Shown: positions 52,607 through 62,801, counted from the stretch's first letter. The stretch is 64,000 nt of DNA from Dehalococcoidia bacterium (GCA_965242755.1 OZ251500.1:950379-1014378), one strand, 5' to 3'. Translations and numbers: made by a program. The notes: generated from the letters alone by a model not told the origin.

Positions 52607-54505
52607 CTACCCGATCTCGCCCTTCATCTCCCGCCAGGCTTGGCGCGCCTCTTCGACGGAGCCCTCGTCCTCTATCGTCGTGATGTCGCCGGGGTCGGCG
52701 TCGAGCGTTACGGCTTTGAGGACGCGGCGCATAATCTTGCCGCTGCGCGTCTTGGGGAGCGTTCGCGTGAAGTTGACGTCGCTGACGACGGCGAACGGGC
52801 CGATTTCGCGGCGCACGGTCTCGACGAGTTCCGCGCGCAGCGCCTCGCTCGCCGTCCGCCCCTCCTTGAGCACGACGAACGCGGATATGACCTCGCCGCG
52901 CAACTCGTCGGGCCGCCCCGTGACGCCGGCCTCCGCGACGTCGTCGTGGCGGAGGAAGGCGGACTCGACCTCCACGGTGCCGAGTCGGTGCGCGGCGATT
53001 TTGATCACCTCGTCGGCGCGGCCGGAGAACCAGACGTAGCCGTCCTCGTCGATCTCCGCGAGGTCGCCGGTGAAGTAGACGCCGTGCACGCGCTCCCAGT
53101 AGTCGGCGCCGTAGCGGGCGGGGTCGCCCCAAAGCGTGGGCGTGAGGTTGGGAAACGGGCGGCGCAGCGCGAGGATGCCCTTCTCGCCGGGCCCGCACGG
53201 CTCGCCCTCCGGCGTCACGATGGCCAAGTCCATCCCGGGCAGGGGCACGCCCGCCGAGCCGGGCTTCTGCGGCAGCATCGCGATGCCGAACGGGTTGCCG
53301 ACGACGGGCGCGCCGGTCTCCGTCTGCCACCAGTTGTCGATCACGGGAACGCGGTCCTCCAACACGCGCTTCTGGAGCCATTCCCACGCCGGGGGATTCA
53401 GCGTCTCGCCCGCGCAGACGATCCGCAGCAGCGCGGAGAGGTCGAAGCCTTTGGCGGGCTCCTCGCCGAACTTCATCAGCAGACGGACGGCGGTCGGCGA
53501 GGTGAAGACGCCAGTGATGCCGAACTCCTCGATGAGGCGCCAGAAGACGTCGGGGCCGGGGTAGTCGAGCGCGCCTTCGTAGAGGACGGAGGTCGCGCCG
53601 AAGAGGAGCGGCCCGTAGACGATGTAGGAGTGGCCGACGGCCCAGCCGAGGTCGGAGGTCGCCCACCAGACGTCGCTCGCGTCGAGGCCGAAGCACCAGC
53701 GCCCCTGGCTGTACACGCCGACGGGATAGCCGCCGTGCGTGTGGACGGCGAGTTTCGGCGTGGCGGTGGTGCCGGACGTGGCGAGGATATAGGCGGGCTC
53801 GTTCGCCTCCATCGGCTCGATGTCGCCGCTTTGCCCCTCGCCGCGAGCGAGGAACTCGTCCCACGAGAGGTCGCGCCCGCTCGTCATCGGAACGCCCTCG
53901 TTGCGGAGGACGACGATCTGATGCTCGATCGTGTCGCAGCCGAGCGCGAGCGCGTCGTCCACGATCGCCTTGAGGTTGACCTCCGTTCCGCGGCGGTAGG
54001 CGACGTCGGCGGAGAAGACGAGGCGGGAGCCGCTTGCGCGGATGCGGTCGGCGAGCGCCGGGGCGCCGAAGCCTGCGAACACGACGGAGTGAATCGCGCC
54101 GATGCGGACCGCGGCGAGCATCAGCGCGACGGTTTCGAGCGCGTTGGGCATGTAGATCGTGATGCGGTCGCCCTTGCGGACGCCCATGCCGCGCAGGGCG
54201 GCGGCGGCGCGCTCGACGCGGCGGCGCAACTGCGCGTAGGTGACGACCTCGCGCCCGCCGCGCTCCGACGCGTAGATGAACGCCGCATGCCCGCCCCTGC
54301 CCGCCTCGACCTGCTGGTCTATGCACATCGCGGAGAGGTTGGTTTGCGCGCCGACGAACCAGCGGAACGACGGATAGTCGGCCTCGTAGACCTTGTCCCA
54401 CGTCCTGATCCATGGCAGTTTGCGGGCGGCGTTGTCCCAAAACGCTTCGGCATCCTCCAAGCCGGCGCGCAGCGCGTTCCTGACGATGGGGTTCACGATG
54501 TCCAT
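52607..54505 (-). CDS. ACS-family AMP-forming acyl-CoA ligase (acetate/propionate--CoA ligase type)
   Basis: FWDNAARKLPW, RIGAIHSVVFAGF, ILATSGTTATPK, YFTGD, LPKTRSGKIMRR. Start MDIVNP at 54505 is preferred. Confidence 0.85.
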   Translation of the reverse strand: MDIVNPIVRNALRAGLEDAEAFWDNAARKLPWIRTWDKVYEADYPSFRWFVGAQTNLSAMCIDQQVEAGRGGHAAFIYASERGGREVVTYAQLRRRVERAAAALRGMGVRKGDRITIYMPNALETVALMLAAVRIGAIHSVVFAGFGAPALADRIRASGSRLVFSADVAYRRGTEVNLKAIVDDALALGCDTIEHQIVVLRNEGVPMTSGRDLSWDEFLARGEGQSGDIEPMEANEPAYILATSGTTATPKLAVHTHGGYPVGVYSQGRWCFGLDASDVWWATSDLGWAVGHSYIVYGPLLFGATSVLYEGALDYPGPDVFWRLIEEFGITGVFTSPTAVRLLMKFGEEPAKGFDLSALLRIVCAGETLNPPAWEWLQKRVLEDRVPVIDNWWQTETGAPVVGNPFGIAMLPQKPGSAGVPLPGMDLAIVTPEGEPCGPGEKGILALRRPFPNLTPTLWGDPARYGADYWERVHGVYFTGDLAEIDEDGYVWFSGRADEVIKIAAHRLGTVEVESAFLRHDDVAEAGVTGRPDELRGEVISAFVVLKEGRTASEALRAELVETVRREIGPFAVVSDVNFTRTLPKTRSGKIMRRVLKAVTLDADPGDITTIEDEGSVEEARQAWREMKGEIG

Positions 54506-54565
54506 TGCGAGCGCCTCCCAAGCGGCATGCGGCGGGAGTATACACATTGGCGGGGGCGGGGCCGT

Positions 54566-54815
54566 TTAGGTTCCCGCCTACGCGGGAATGGCGGCCATGG
54601 GGTTGATTTGGGGACGGGGCGCGTGGCGCCCCGTCTTGGCGCAGCCGAGGTTCGTCGGCATGGCTCACCAGCCTACGAGGATGGGTGCTGGGGCGGGGCG
54701 GCCCTCACCCTGGCCCTCTCCCAGAGGGAGAGGGTATTTGTCGGTCGGCGGGGCGGCGCCCCGTCGCGGCGCTTGCGCGCCGACTGGATTCCCGCCTACG
54801 CGGGGCAGGGCGGAC
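54566..54815. repeat. Mosaic repeat cluster
   Basis: ggttcccgcctacgcgggaatggcgg, ccctctcccagagggagagggt, gccgactggattcccgcctacgcgggg. Confidence 0.85.
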
Positions 54816-54905
54816 CCGGGACGGGCCCCAGCGCTCTCCCGACGGCGCCGCGCCTCCGATAGGCGTATGCTTGCGGGCGCGCGGCTTTTGCGCGGAGGGG
54901 CAGGA

Positions 54906-56426
54906 ATGACCGACAAGCGCTACTACGACGTCATCATCATCGGAGGAGGGTCCGCCGGGTGCGCCGCCGCGGCCCGCCTCTCCGAAGACCCGAACCGCCA
55001 AGTGCTGCTCCTAGAGGCGGGGCCCGACCCGCGGCCGCTCCCCGACATCATCGCCGACGGGCGCAGCGGCAACCGCCCCATCCTCGAGTCGGAGTACGTC
55101 GTGCTGTACCCGACGAAGCGCAAGATCGACGGCAGCGAGTACTACCCCCTCAGCGGCCGCATCCTCGGCGGCGGCTCGTCCGTCAATATGATGGGCGTCG
55201 CCCGCCCCATGCAGCATGACCTCGACAAGTGGGAGTCGCTCGGCAACCCCGGCTGGTCATACGAGGACTGCCTGCCCATCCTCAAGCGCATCGAAACCGA
55301 CGAGGACTTCGGAAGCCAGCCGCACCACGGGGACAGCGGGCCGCTCACGGTCAAGCGGCGCATTCAGTTCGACGAGCCGCTCGCGCCGCCGATGCAGGCG
55401 TTCGTCGACCGCGCGCAGGCGCTCGGCTATCCCGTCAGCAAGGACGGCAACGCGCCCGAACGCTACGGCATCGTCGCGTCCGCCAGCAACGTCAAGGACG
55501 GCAAGCGGCAGTCCGCCGCCGTCGCGTACCTCGACCCCGCGCGCGGCAGGGCCAACCTCGCCATCGAGGCGGACGCGCATGTCGTCGCGCTCAAGTTCAA
55601 CGGCGCCAAAGCCGAGGAGGTCGTCTACGAGCGGAACGGGGAGACGCGCTCCGCGTCCGCCGACACTTTTATCCTCAGCGCGGGAACCTACCACAGCCCG
55701 CAAGTCCTGATGCTCTCCGGCGTCGGCCCGCCCGTCGAACTCGAGCGGCTCGGCGTCCCCGTCGTCCACGCGCTTGACGGGGTGGGGGAGAACTACCAGG
55801 ATCACGCGGCGGTCAATATGACCTTTGAGGGCAAGACGGATTTCACGCCCGACTGGGTGGTGTCCGGCTTCCAACTCGCCTACAAGAGCGATCCCGGGCA
55901 GCCGGCGAGCAACGTGCACATCTATATGCGGGCGCCGGTCGGCGTGGAGGGGCTGAAGCCGATGATGCCCGTGGCGATGAACCTCGTCGAGCAGCGTTCG
56001 CGGGGGCGCGTCTCGCTCGTCTCGACGAATCCGCGCGACCTGCCCGTCGTTGACGACGGCATGCTGCAGGATCCGGACGACGTGGCGGCGATGCTCTCCG
56101 CGATGCGTTTCGTCCGCGACTTTATGGACGACGATATGATGCGTCCGTTCTACGGCGACCTCATCCTGCCCGCCGAGGGCGAGGATTGGGCCGAGTTCGC
56201 GCAATCCACCTACGACAGCCATCACCACGGCTCCGGCACCTGCAAGATGGGCCCGGCGTCCGACCCGATGGCCGTCGTGGACGGCCGCCTCAAGATGCAC
56301 GGGATGGACAACCTCTACGTCGCGGACGCCTCCGTGATCCCCGTCGTTCCGCACTCCGCGACCAACGTTTCCTGCCTGATGATCGGCGAGCGAGTCGCGG
56401 ACTTCCTCCGCGAAGCGGGCGGGTAG
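54906..56426 (+). CDS. GMC-family FAD oxidoreductase (choline dehydrogenase-like)
   Basis: YDVIIIGGGSAGCAAAARLSE, GGGSSVNMM, and C-terminal HHHGSGTCKMG..D..RV. Confidence 0.85.
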   Translation: MTDKRYYDVIIIGGGSAGCAAAARLSEDPNRQVLLLEAGPDPRPLPDIIADGRSGNRPILESEYVVLYPTKRKIDGSEYYPLSGRILGGGSSVNMMGVARPMQHDLDKWESLGNPGWSYEDCLPILKRIETDEDFGSQPHHGDSGPLTVKRRIQFDEPLAPPMQAFVDRAQALGYPVSKDGNAPERYGIVASASNVKDGKRQSAAVAYLDPARGRANLAIEADAHVVALKFNGAKAEEVVYERNGETRSASADTFILSAGTYHSPQVLMLSGVGPPVELERLGVPVVHALDGVGENYQDHAAVNMTFEGKTDFTPDWVVSGFQLAYKSDPGQPASNVHIYMRAPVGVEGLKPMMPVAMNLVEQRSRGRVSLVSTNPRDLPVVDDGMLQDPDDVAAMLSAMRFVRDFMDDDMMRPFYGDLILPAEGEDWAEFAQSTYDSHHHGSGTCKMGPASDPMAVVDGRLKMHGMDNLYVADASVIPVVPHSATNVSCLMIGERVADFLREAGG

Positions 56427-56618
56427 GGGCGGCGCGGGAGCGCGGGCGTGAGCGAACGCAAGGGCGGCGTCCGCCGCCGCTCCCTCGTCGCGTATTGCCG
56501 ACCGCAACCCCTTGCGTTGCGCTTTGCGTTTGTGCTAGCATGCGCCATTAGCGTCTCCGCTTGCCCCGCGACCAACTCTCGCAAGCGGCGCTTGCCTGTA
56601 AAAAGGGGGGCTGCTTGA

Positions 56619-56987
56619 TTGGAAGCTCTGGGTCGCCACGTACTGCTGGAGCTCCGCTCCTGTAACGCCGCGTCGCTCGACGACCTTCCGCTCTTGGAAG
56701 GGCTGATGCTGCGCGCCGCCGAGGAGACGGGCGCAACCGTCGTCGGCAAAATCTTCCACCAGTTCAGCCCCCAGGGCGTGACTGGCGTCGTCGCCATCGC
56801 CGAGTCCCACCTGTGTATCCACACGTGGCCGGAGTTCGCCTACGCCGCCGTCGACATCTTCACCTGCGGCGAAAACTTCGACCCCGGCGAGGCCGCCCGC
56901 ATCATCATCAAGGGGCTCGAGTCCCGCGACCCCGAGACCACGGAAATCGAGCGCGGCGCCGCCCCGCTCGTCCCCGCCTACGCCTGA
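56619..56987 (+). CDS. speH: S-adenosylmethionine decarboxylase proenzyme (small bacterial/archaeal type)
   Basis: GRHVLLELRSC.., GVTGVVAIAESHLCIHTWPE (E-S processing site), AAVDIFTCG. TTG start. Confidence 0.85.
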   Translation: MEALGRHVLLELRSCNAASLDDLPLLEGLMLRAAEETGATVVGKIFHQFSPQGVTGVVAIAESHLCIHTWPEFAYAAVDIFTCGENFDPGEAARIIIKGLESRDPETTEIERGAAPLVPAYA

Positions 56988-57916
56988 TGAACGGCCTGTC
57001 CGACCCCACGATCTGGCATTTCGAGCGCATCACTCCGTCCCTTACGCAGGCGTCCGCCCTGCGCCGCGTCATCTACGAGGGCGACACCCCCTATCAGCAT
57101 GTCCAAGTCCTCGAGTCCGACCCCTTCGGCAGGATGCTCGTCCTCGACGGCAAGACGCAATCGTCGGAAGCCGACGAGTGGGCGTACCACGAGGCGCTCG
57201 TGCAACCCGTGATGGTCGCGCACCCCAACCCGCGCCGCGTGATGGTCGCCGGCGGCGGCGAGGGCGCCACGATCCGCGAGGCGCTCCGCCACGACGCGGT
57301 CGAGGAGGTCGCGATGGTTGACCTCGACGCCGTCGTCGTTGACCTCTGCAAGGCGCACTTGCCGAACCACCACCAGGGCGCGTTCAGCGACCCTCGAGTC
57401 GAGTTGCTCCACGAAGACGCCCTCGCCTACCTGCAGGCGCGCGAAACGCCGTTCGACGTGATCATAATTGACGTGCCCGACCCGCTGGAGGGCGGCCCCG
57501 CCTACCTGCTCTACACCGTGGAATTCTATGAACTCGTCCGGACGCGGCTCGCTCCGGGCGGCCTAATGGTCGCGCAATCGGGCCCGACCGGCCCCACGAA
57601 CGTCGGCGAGGTGTTCACCGCCGTCGCCCGGACGATGGGGCGGGCGTTCGATCACGCATCCATGAGTCAAGTGAACGTGCCGAGTTTCGGCATGATGTGG
57701 GGATTCATCGCGTGCGGGGGCGCGGACGCTCCGAACGTCGCGGCGATGAGCGAGGCCGACGTGGACGCGCGCCTGCGCGAGCGGGGAATCTCCAATCTGC
57801 GCTTCTACGACGGCGAGGCGCATCGCGGCATGTTCGCAATGCCCAAGTACGTCCGCGACGCCGTCGCCGCCGAAACCCGCGTCATCACCCGCGACAACCC
57901 CCTCTACGCGGTCTAG
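56987..57916 (+). CDS. speE: Spermidine synthase
   Basis: TPYQHVQVLES..GRMLVLDG..Q..E..YHE, VMVAGGGEGATIREALRH, DVIIIDVPDP. TGATG overlap with speH. Confidence 0.9.
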   Translation: MNGLSDPTIWHFERITPSLTQASALRRVIYEGDTPYQHVQVLESDPFGRMLVLDGKTQSSEADEWAYHEALVQPVMVAHPNPRRVMVAGGGEGATIREALRHDAVEEVAMVDLDAVVVDLCKAHLPNHHQGAFSDPRVELLHEDALAYLQARETPFDVIIIDVPDPLEGGPAYLLYTVEFYELVRTRLAPGGLMVAQSGPTGPTNVGEVFTAVARTMGRAFDHASMSQVNVPSFGMMWGFIACGGADAPNVAAMSEADVDARLRERGISNLRFYDGEAHRGMFAMPKYVRDAVAAETRVITRDNPLYAV

Positions 57917-58010
57917 CTCGCGCCGCTCAAGCGGAGCGGGGGCGCAACCCGCGCGGCGTGCGGCATAGCCCTCGCTACGGGGCGCACCCCTAGTTCCCCG
58001 CGCTCCCGCC

Positions 58011-58229
58011 CTACGTAATCGTCAAATTCAGCACGGCGAGGATGACGAAGATGATGCCGAGCGCGATGGTGAACTGGAACAGCGTGCGCTCCAGCCCCCG
58101 CCGCGTCCGGTACGACTGAATCGACCCCGCCCCGAACAGCCCGCCTCCCGCGCCCCGCACCTGCATCAGCACGCTCGCGACGAGCAGGCCGACCACGACG
58201 ATGACTGCGATGCTTATGTACGTTCCCAA
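58011..58229 (-). CDS. secG: Preprotein translocase subunit SecG
   Basis: 72 aa, two TM helices flanking GAGGGLFGAG. Confidence 0.8.
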   Translation of the reverse strand: MGTYISIAVIVVVGLLVASVLMQVRGAGGGLFGAGSIQSYRTRRGLERTLFQFTIALGIIFVILAVLNLTIT

Positions 58230-58233
58230 GCCT

Positions 58234-59718
58234 CTACTCCTGCGCTTTCATCGCGTTCAGCCGCTCCGCGACCAGTTCGGCGGCGACCGACGGATTCGCC
58301 TTCCCCCGCGTCGCCTTCATCACCTGCCCAACGAGGAACTTGGCCGCCGTTTCCTTCCCCGCGAGGTAATCCGCGACGGCTTGCGGGTTGTCCTCAATCG
58401 CCTGCGCCACCGCCCCCGCGAGTTCGCCGGAGTCCGTGATCTGCTCCAGCCCCAAGTCGGTCATTGCGGCGCGGGCGGACTTTCCCGTCCGGAACATCTC
58501 CTCTACGGCGCGCTTCGCCTGCGCCGTTCCCAACTCGCCGCTCTCCAGCAGCCCCAGCAATTCCGCGAGCCCCTCCGGCGCGACCGGCGACTCGCAAATC
58601 TCGATGCGCGACTCGTTGGCGAGCCGCCCCAACTCCGTGATCGTCCAGTTGGCGGCGGCCTTCGCCGTCCGCTCCGATCCGCCCCGCGCGCGCGCCGCCG
58701 CGACCGCCGCCTCGTAGTAGTCCGCGAGCCCGGGCGACTCCGTGAGCAGCGACGCGTCGTAGGCGGGCAGGCCGTACTCCGCGATGAAGCGCCGCTTGCG
58801 CTCCTCCGGCAGTTCCGGCAGCAGTTCCGCGATCTCCGCCGCCCACGCGGGAGCGATGCTCAGCGGCGGCAGATCGGGCTCCGGGAAGTAGCGGTAGTCG
58901 TTCGCCTCTTCCTTGCTGCGGAGCGATACGGTGACGCCCTTGTCCTCCAGCCAGCCGCGCGTCTCCTGCGCGACGCGCCCCCCGGAGCGCAGAACGCCCG
59001 CCTGCCGCTCCGCCTCGTATTCGATGGCGCGGAACACCGAGCGAAACGAGTTCATATTCTTCACTTCCACTTTCGTCCCGAACGCCTCGCTTCCCTTCGG
59101 GCGGACGCTCACGTTCGCGTCGCAGCGGAACGACCCCTCGTCCATATTCGCCGTCGAGACGCCCAAGTAGCGCAGGATGGATTGATAGCCCATCAGATAC
59201 CGGCGCGCCTCCTCGGCGGAGCGAATGTCCGGGCGGCTCACCATCTCCACGAGCGGAACGCCCGAGCGGTTCACGTCGATCAGCGAGTAGCCCTCGCCCG
59301 ACGCCGGATCGGAGAGGTGCGCGAGTTTGGCGACGTCCTCCTCCATATGCACGCGCTCAATCCCGACGCGACGCGCCGCGCCGTCCGCCTCGACGTCGAG
59401 ATAGCCGTCGGCGCAGACGGGGAGGTCGTACTGCGAGATCTGGTAGCCCTTCATCAGATCGGGATAGGGGTAGTTCTTGCGGTCGAACTTGCTGCGCTCG
59501 GCGATGGAGCAATGGAGCGCGAGGCCGATCTTGATGATGGACGCGATAGCCTCGCGGTTGATGACGGGCAGGGAGCCCGGCAGCCCGAGGCAAACGGGGC
59601 AGACGCGCGTGTTGGGCTCGGCGTCCTGATAGTCGGCGGGGCAAGCGCAATACATCTTGCTGCGCGTCCGCAGTTGCGCGTGCACCTCCAAGCCGATGAC
59701 GAGTTCGTAGTCGGTCAT
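58234..59718 (-). CDS. gatB: Asp/Glu-tRNA amidotransferase subunit B
   Basis: YELVIGLEVHAQL, CPVCLGLPGSLP, GVPLVE and the C-terminal GatB/YqeY domain. Alternative ATG at 59730. Confidence 0.9.
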   Translation of the reverse strand: MTDYELVIGLEVHAQLRTRSKMYCACPADYQDAEPNTRVCPVCLGLPGSLPVINREAIASIIKIGLALHCSIAERSKFDRKNYPYPDLMKGYQISQYDLPVCADGYLDVEADGAARRVGIERVHMEEDVAKLAHLSDPASGEGYSLIDVNRSGVPLVEMVSRPDIRSAEEARRYLMGYQSILRYLGVSTANMDEGSFRCDANVSVRPKGSEAFGTKVEVKNMNSFRSVFRAIEYEAERQAGVLRSGGRVAQETRGWLEDKGVTVSLRSKEEANDYRYFPEPDLPPLSIAPAWAAEIAELLPELPEERKRRFIAEYGLPAYDASLLTESPGLADYYEAAVAAARARGGSERTAKAAANWTITELGRLANESRIEICESPVAPEGLAELLGLLESGELGTAQAKRAVEEMFRTGKSARAAMTDLGLEQITDSGELAGAVAQAIEDNPQAVADYLAGKETAAKFLVGQVMKATRGKANPSVAAELVAERLNAMKAQE

Positions 59719-59849
59719 ACGATCCGCCATTATAGCGCAGGCTGGCGTCCGCCGGGGATGATTCGCCGAGCCGCCTACGCCGCGCCGCGACAATAGACGC
59801 CCTGACCTGCTAGCATTCGCCGGAGACGACGCGAAAGGAGCGCGCCCCG

Positions 59850-60569
59850 ATGCCTCGCCTGCCCGCCGCATTAGCGCTGTTCGCGCTGCTCGCCCTCCCC
59901 GCGTGCGCCGGCGCGCCTTCGGAGACGGACTCGATGGCCTACGAATTGCAATCCCCGATAGACGTCGCCGGCTACGAGCGGGCGGACGGCCCCGCGCCGG
60001 AATTCGCCTACGGCGGCGGCGAGCCGTCCGTCGAGGTCGCCAACGGATTCATCACCGCGGTCTACGAGCCCGGCAACGTCCTCACGCTCGACGGGCGGGA
60101 GTACACGCTCCAGTCCATGCACGCGCACGCCGCCTCCGAGCACCGAATAGACGGCGAACTCTTCGCCGCCGAACTGCATATGGTCCATCACGACGAGGAC
60201 GGCGGCTTGCTCGTCGTGGGCGTGCTCTACGAACTCGGCGCGCCGAACCCCGTCGTGCAGGGACTCCTCGACGCGGGCGCCGGCGGATCGGGCGGAGGGC
60301 CCGTCTCCGGGCTCAACGCCGCGCTGCTGCCGCCCGGCGCGTCCGGCCACTACCGCTACCGCGGCTCCAAAACCACGCATCCGTTCAACGGCCCCGTCGA
60401 ATGGCTCGTGATGCGGCAGAGGCAAACCGTCTCGCAAGAGCAGGCGGACGCGATTCGCGCCGTCAACGGCGGCGAGCCCAACAACCGCGAAATCCAGCCC
60501 CGCGACGGCCGCGACGTGCTCCTCATCGCCTCCGGCTGCTCCTGCGCCGTCTGCTCGACGCTCGCCTGA
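59850..60569 (+). CDS. Alpha-class carbonic anhydrase, probable lipoprotein
   Basis: Signal/lipobox LLALPAC. QSPIDV, LQSMHAHAASEHRIDG, ELHMVHH, YRYRGSKTTHP. Confidence 0.85.
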   Translation: MPRLPAALALFALLALPACAGAPSETDSMAYELQSPIDVAGYERADGPAPEFAYGGGEPSVEVANGFITAVYEPGNVLTLDGREYTLQSMHAHAASEHRIDGELFAAELHMVHHDEDGGLLVVGVLYELGAPNPVVQGLLDAGAGGSGGGPVSGLNAALLPPGASGHYRYRGSKTTHPFNGPVEWLVMRQRQTVSQEQADAIRAVNGGEPNNREIQPRDGRDVLLIASGCSCAVCSTLA

Positions 60570-60602
60570 TCAGAGCGTCCCAATGCATCATCCCGCCGCC
60601 CT

Positions 60603-60797
60603 GCCCGCGTTAGGCGGGAATCCAGAGGGCGCGGAGCGCGAGAATCCCCACAGAGACCTTTGCATAACCTACCGTCATTCCCGCGTAGGCGGGAATCCGG
60701 AGGGCGTGGAGCGCGAAAATCCCCACAGAGACCTTGGCATAATCTACCGTCATTCCCGCGTAGGCGGGAATCCAGAAGGTCGCGGAGCGCGAGAATC
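60603..60797. repeat. Three tandem ~75-bp composite repeat units
   Basis: cccgcgt(t)aggcgggaatcc....gg.gcgcga.aatcccca.agagacctt.gcataa.ctaccgtcatt starts at about 60604, 60680 and 60754. Confidence 0.9.
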
Positions 60798-60812
60798 CCC
60801 ATAGGAGAGCAA

Positions 60813-61679
60813 ATGCACATCGGCGCAGTTTTCCCGCAAACCGAAATCGGCGAAGACCCCGGCGCGGTCCGCGAATTCGCGCAGGCCGCCGAGGAACTCG
60901 GCTACGCCCACCTCCTCCTCTACGACCACGTGCTCGGCGCCGATACGCGAATCCGCCCGGACTGGCAAGGCCCCTACTCCCACGAGGATGCGTTCCACGA
61001 GCCGTTCGTGACATTCGGCTACCTCGCCGCGCTCACGAGCCGCATCGAACTCGTCAGCGGCGTCATCATCCTCCCCCAACGGCAGACCGCGCTCGTCGCC
61101 AAGCAGGCCGCGCAGGCCGACCTCCTCAGCGGCGGACGCCTCCGGCTCGGCGTAGGCATCGGGTGGAACCCAGTCGAATACGAGGCGCTCGGCGAGAACT
61201 TCCGCAACCGCGGCAAGCGCTCCGAGGAGCAAGTCGAACTCCTGCGCGCCCTCTGGACGAACGAAACCGTGGACTTCCGCGGCGAGTGGCACTCCATTCC
61301 CGGCGCGGGGATCAAGCCGCTGCCCGCGCAGCGCCCGATACCCATCTGGTTCGGCGGCGGACGCTCCGACGCCGTGCTCCGCCGCATCGCCCGCATCGGC
61401 GACGGCTGGTTCCCCCAGCACCAGCCCGACGACGAGGGCAAGGCGCGGCTCGACCGGTTCCGCGAATTCGTCGCCGAGGCCGGACGCTCGCCGGACGGCG
61501 TCGGCGTCGAGGCGCGCGTCGCCCTTCAGCGTGGCGGACTCGACGGCGCGCTCCGCGACATGGAGGCGTGGCGCGGACTCGGCGCGACCCACGTCTCGTT
61601 CGGAACGATGCGCGTCGGCCTAGCCTCCCCCGCCGACCACATCGCCGCCCTCCGCCGATTCAAAGAAGCGGCGGGGTAG
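60813..61679 (+). CDS. LLM-class F420-dependent oxidoreductase (Rv2161c-like type)
   Basis: MHIGAVFPQTEIG, YDHVLGA, SGGRLRLGVGIGWNPVEYEALG, IPIWFGG. Confidence 0.8.
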   Translation: MHIGAVFPQTEIGEDPGAVREFAQAAEELGYAHLLLYDHVLGADTRIRPDWQGPYSHEDAFHEPFVTFGYLAALTSRIELVSGVIILPQRQTALVAKQAAQADLLSGGRLRLGVGIGWNPVEYEALGENFRNRGKRSEEQVELLRALWTNETVDFRGEWHSIPGAGIKPLPAQRPIPIWFGGGRSDAVLRRIARIGDGWFPQHQPDDEGKARLDRFREFVAEAGRSPDGVGVEARVALQRGGLDGALRDMEAWRGLGATHVSFGTMRVGLASPADHIAALRRFKEAAG

Positions 61680-61741
61680 CTGCGGCTGCAACCCGCGCGC
61701 GCCTCTTCACGGCTGCAACCCACGTGCGCCGCTTCGCGGCT

Positions 61742-61813
61742 GCCCTCTCCCCCGTCATGTCCGCGAAGCGGGAACCTACCTCCATGACCGTCATTCCCGC
61801 GTAGGCGAGAATG
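61742..61813. repeat. Mosaic repeat units interrupted by the IS element
   Basis: ccgcgaagcgggaacctacctccatgaccgtcattcccgcgtaggcgagaatg. The B-module hairpin is cut after its first arm. Confidence 0.85.
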
Positions 61814-62801
61814 TGGATTCACACTGGAAGCGCAACAGTTCCGGACGACCCCAGAATACCTCAGACGGCGTCTGGTAGCCCAGCGCCGAGCGCGGCGTGT
61901 TGTTGTAGCGCGACGCGCACAACGTCAACTCCTCGTCCGGCACGCCGTCCAAGTTCGTCCTCCGCGGCAACTCCCGCCGCAGACGCCCAATCGCGTTCTC
62001 CACTCCCCCCTTCTGCCACGGCGACCGAACGTCGCAGAAGAACGTCTCAACTCCCAACTCATGCAACTCGTGATGCCGGGCGAACTCCGTCCCGTTGTCG
62101 AACGTCACGCTCCGCCGCATCTCCATCGGCAGCGTCCCCATCACGGCCAGCATCGCGCGCGCAACCGCCTCGGCGCCCTTGTTCTCCGGCCGCTGCAGGA
62201 GCGTGAGCCGCGACGCCCGTTCGTGCAGGACCAACAGCGCCTGCTTCTTCACCCCGAACAGCATCGTGTCCGCCTCCCAGTGGCCGAACTCAACCCGGTC
62301 CGCCGCCCTCGCAGGCCGCTCCGACAGAGGCCGCCTCGCCTTGATGAACAGGGCGGAACTGCGGCCCTTGCGCGAGCGGCGCCCCCGCGTCGCCTTCCGC
62401 TTCGGCAGGAAGTTCCGCCAGTCGTAGTCCTTCGTCCTCTTCACCTGCGCCGCGATGAACCGGTAGATGCTCTCGTGGGAGATCACCGGCCTCCCCATCT
62501 CCAACGCGAGGCGGCCGGACACTTGCGGCGGCGACGCGCCCCACGCCATGCGGCGCAGGACGGCCTCGCGCAGGAGATCGTCGCGGTCGAGGCGGGGGCC
62601 CTTCCACCGCCGCGCCCGCGCCTTCTCGTCCGCCTTGGCAGCCTTGTACTCGCCCGCGCTCATCGCGTTGCGGTTGATCTCGCGAGAGATCGTCGATGGC
62701 GAGCGATCCAGATTTGTAGCGATTTCCCGGATCGGGCGCCCCTCTTGGTATAGGCGGGCAATCGCGCAGCGTTCCTCGATGTCGATGTGTCGGTATCCCA
62801 T
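61791..62801 (-). CDS. IS30-family DDE transposase
   Basis: N-terminal HTH (IREIATNLDRSPSTISREINRN), FGHWEADTM, TFDNGTEF, SPWQKGGVEN. The ORF runs about 23 nt past the left IR before reaching a stop. Confidence 0.9.
   Translation of the reverse strand: MGYRHIDIEERCAIARLYQEGRPIREIATNLDRSPSTISREINRNAMSAGEYKAAKADEKARARRWKGPRLDRDDLLREAVLRRMAWGASPPQVSGRLALEMGRPVISHESIYRFIAAQVKRTKDYDWRNFLPKRKATRGRRSRKGRSSALFIKARRPLSERPARAADRVEFGHWEADTMLFGVKKQALLVLHERASRLTLLQRPENKGAEAVARAMLAVMGTLPMEMRRSVTFDNGTEFARHHELHELGVETFFCDVRSPWQKGGVENAIGRLRRELPRRTNLDGVPDEELTLCASRYNNTPRSALGYQTPSEVFWGRPELLRFQCESTFSPTRE

Noticed and set aside
52454-54862. 802-aa plus-strand ORF and 692-aa minus-strand ORF (52590-54668)
   Set aside because: Both are alternative frames or the antisense of the well-supported ACS-family ligase gene, with low-complexity high-GC translations.
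59719-59734. Perfect TATAAT on the minus strand just upstream of gatB, implying a leaderless transcript
   Set aside because: TATAAT (plus coordinates 59729-59734) overlaps the alternative ATG at 59730. It has no -35 or TG extension, and a weak GGCGGA lies before ATG 59718. It is too ambiguous to call; noted only as a possibility for TSS mapping.
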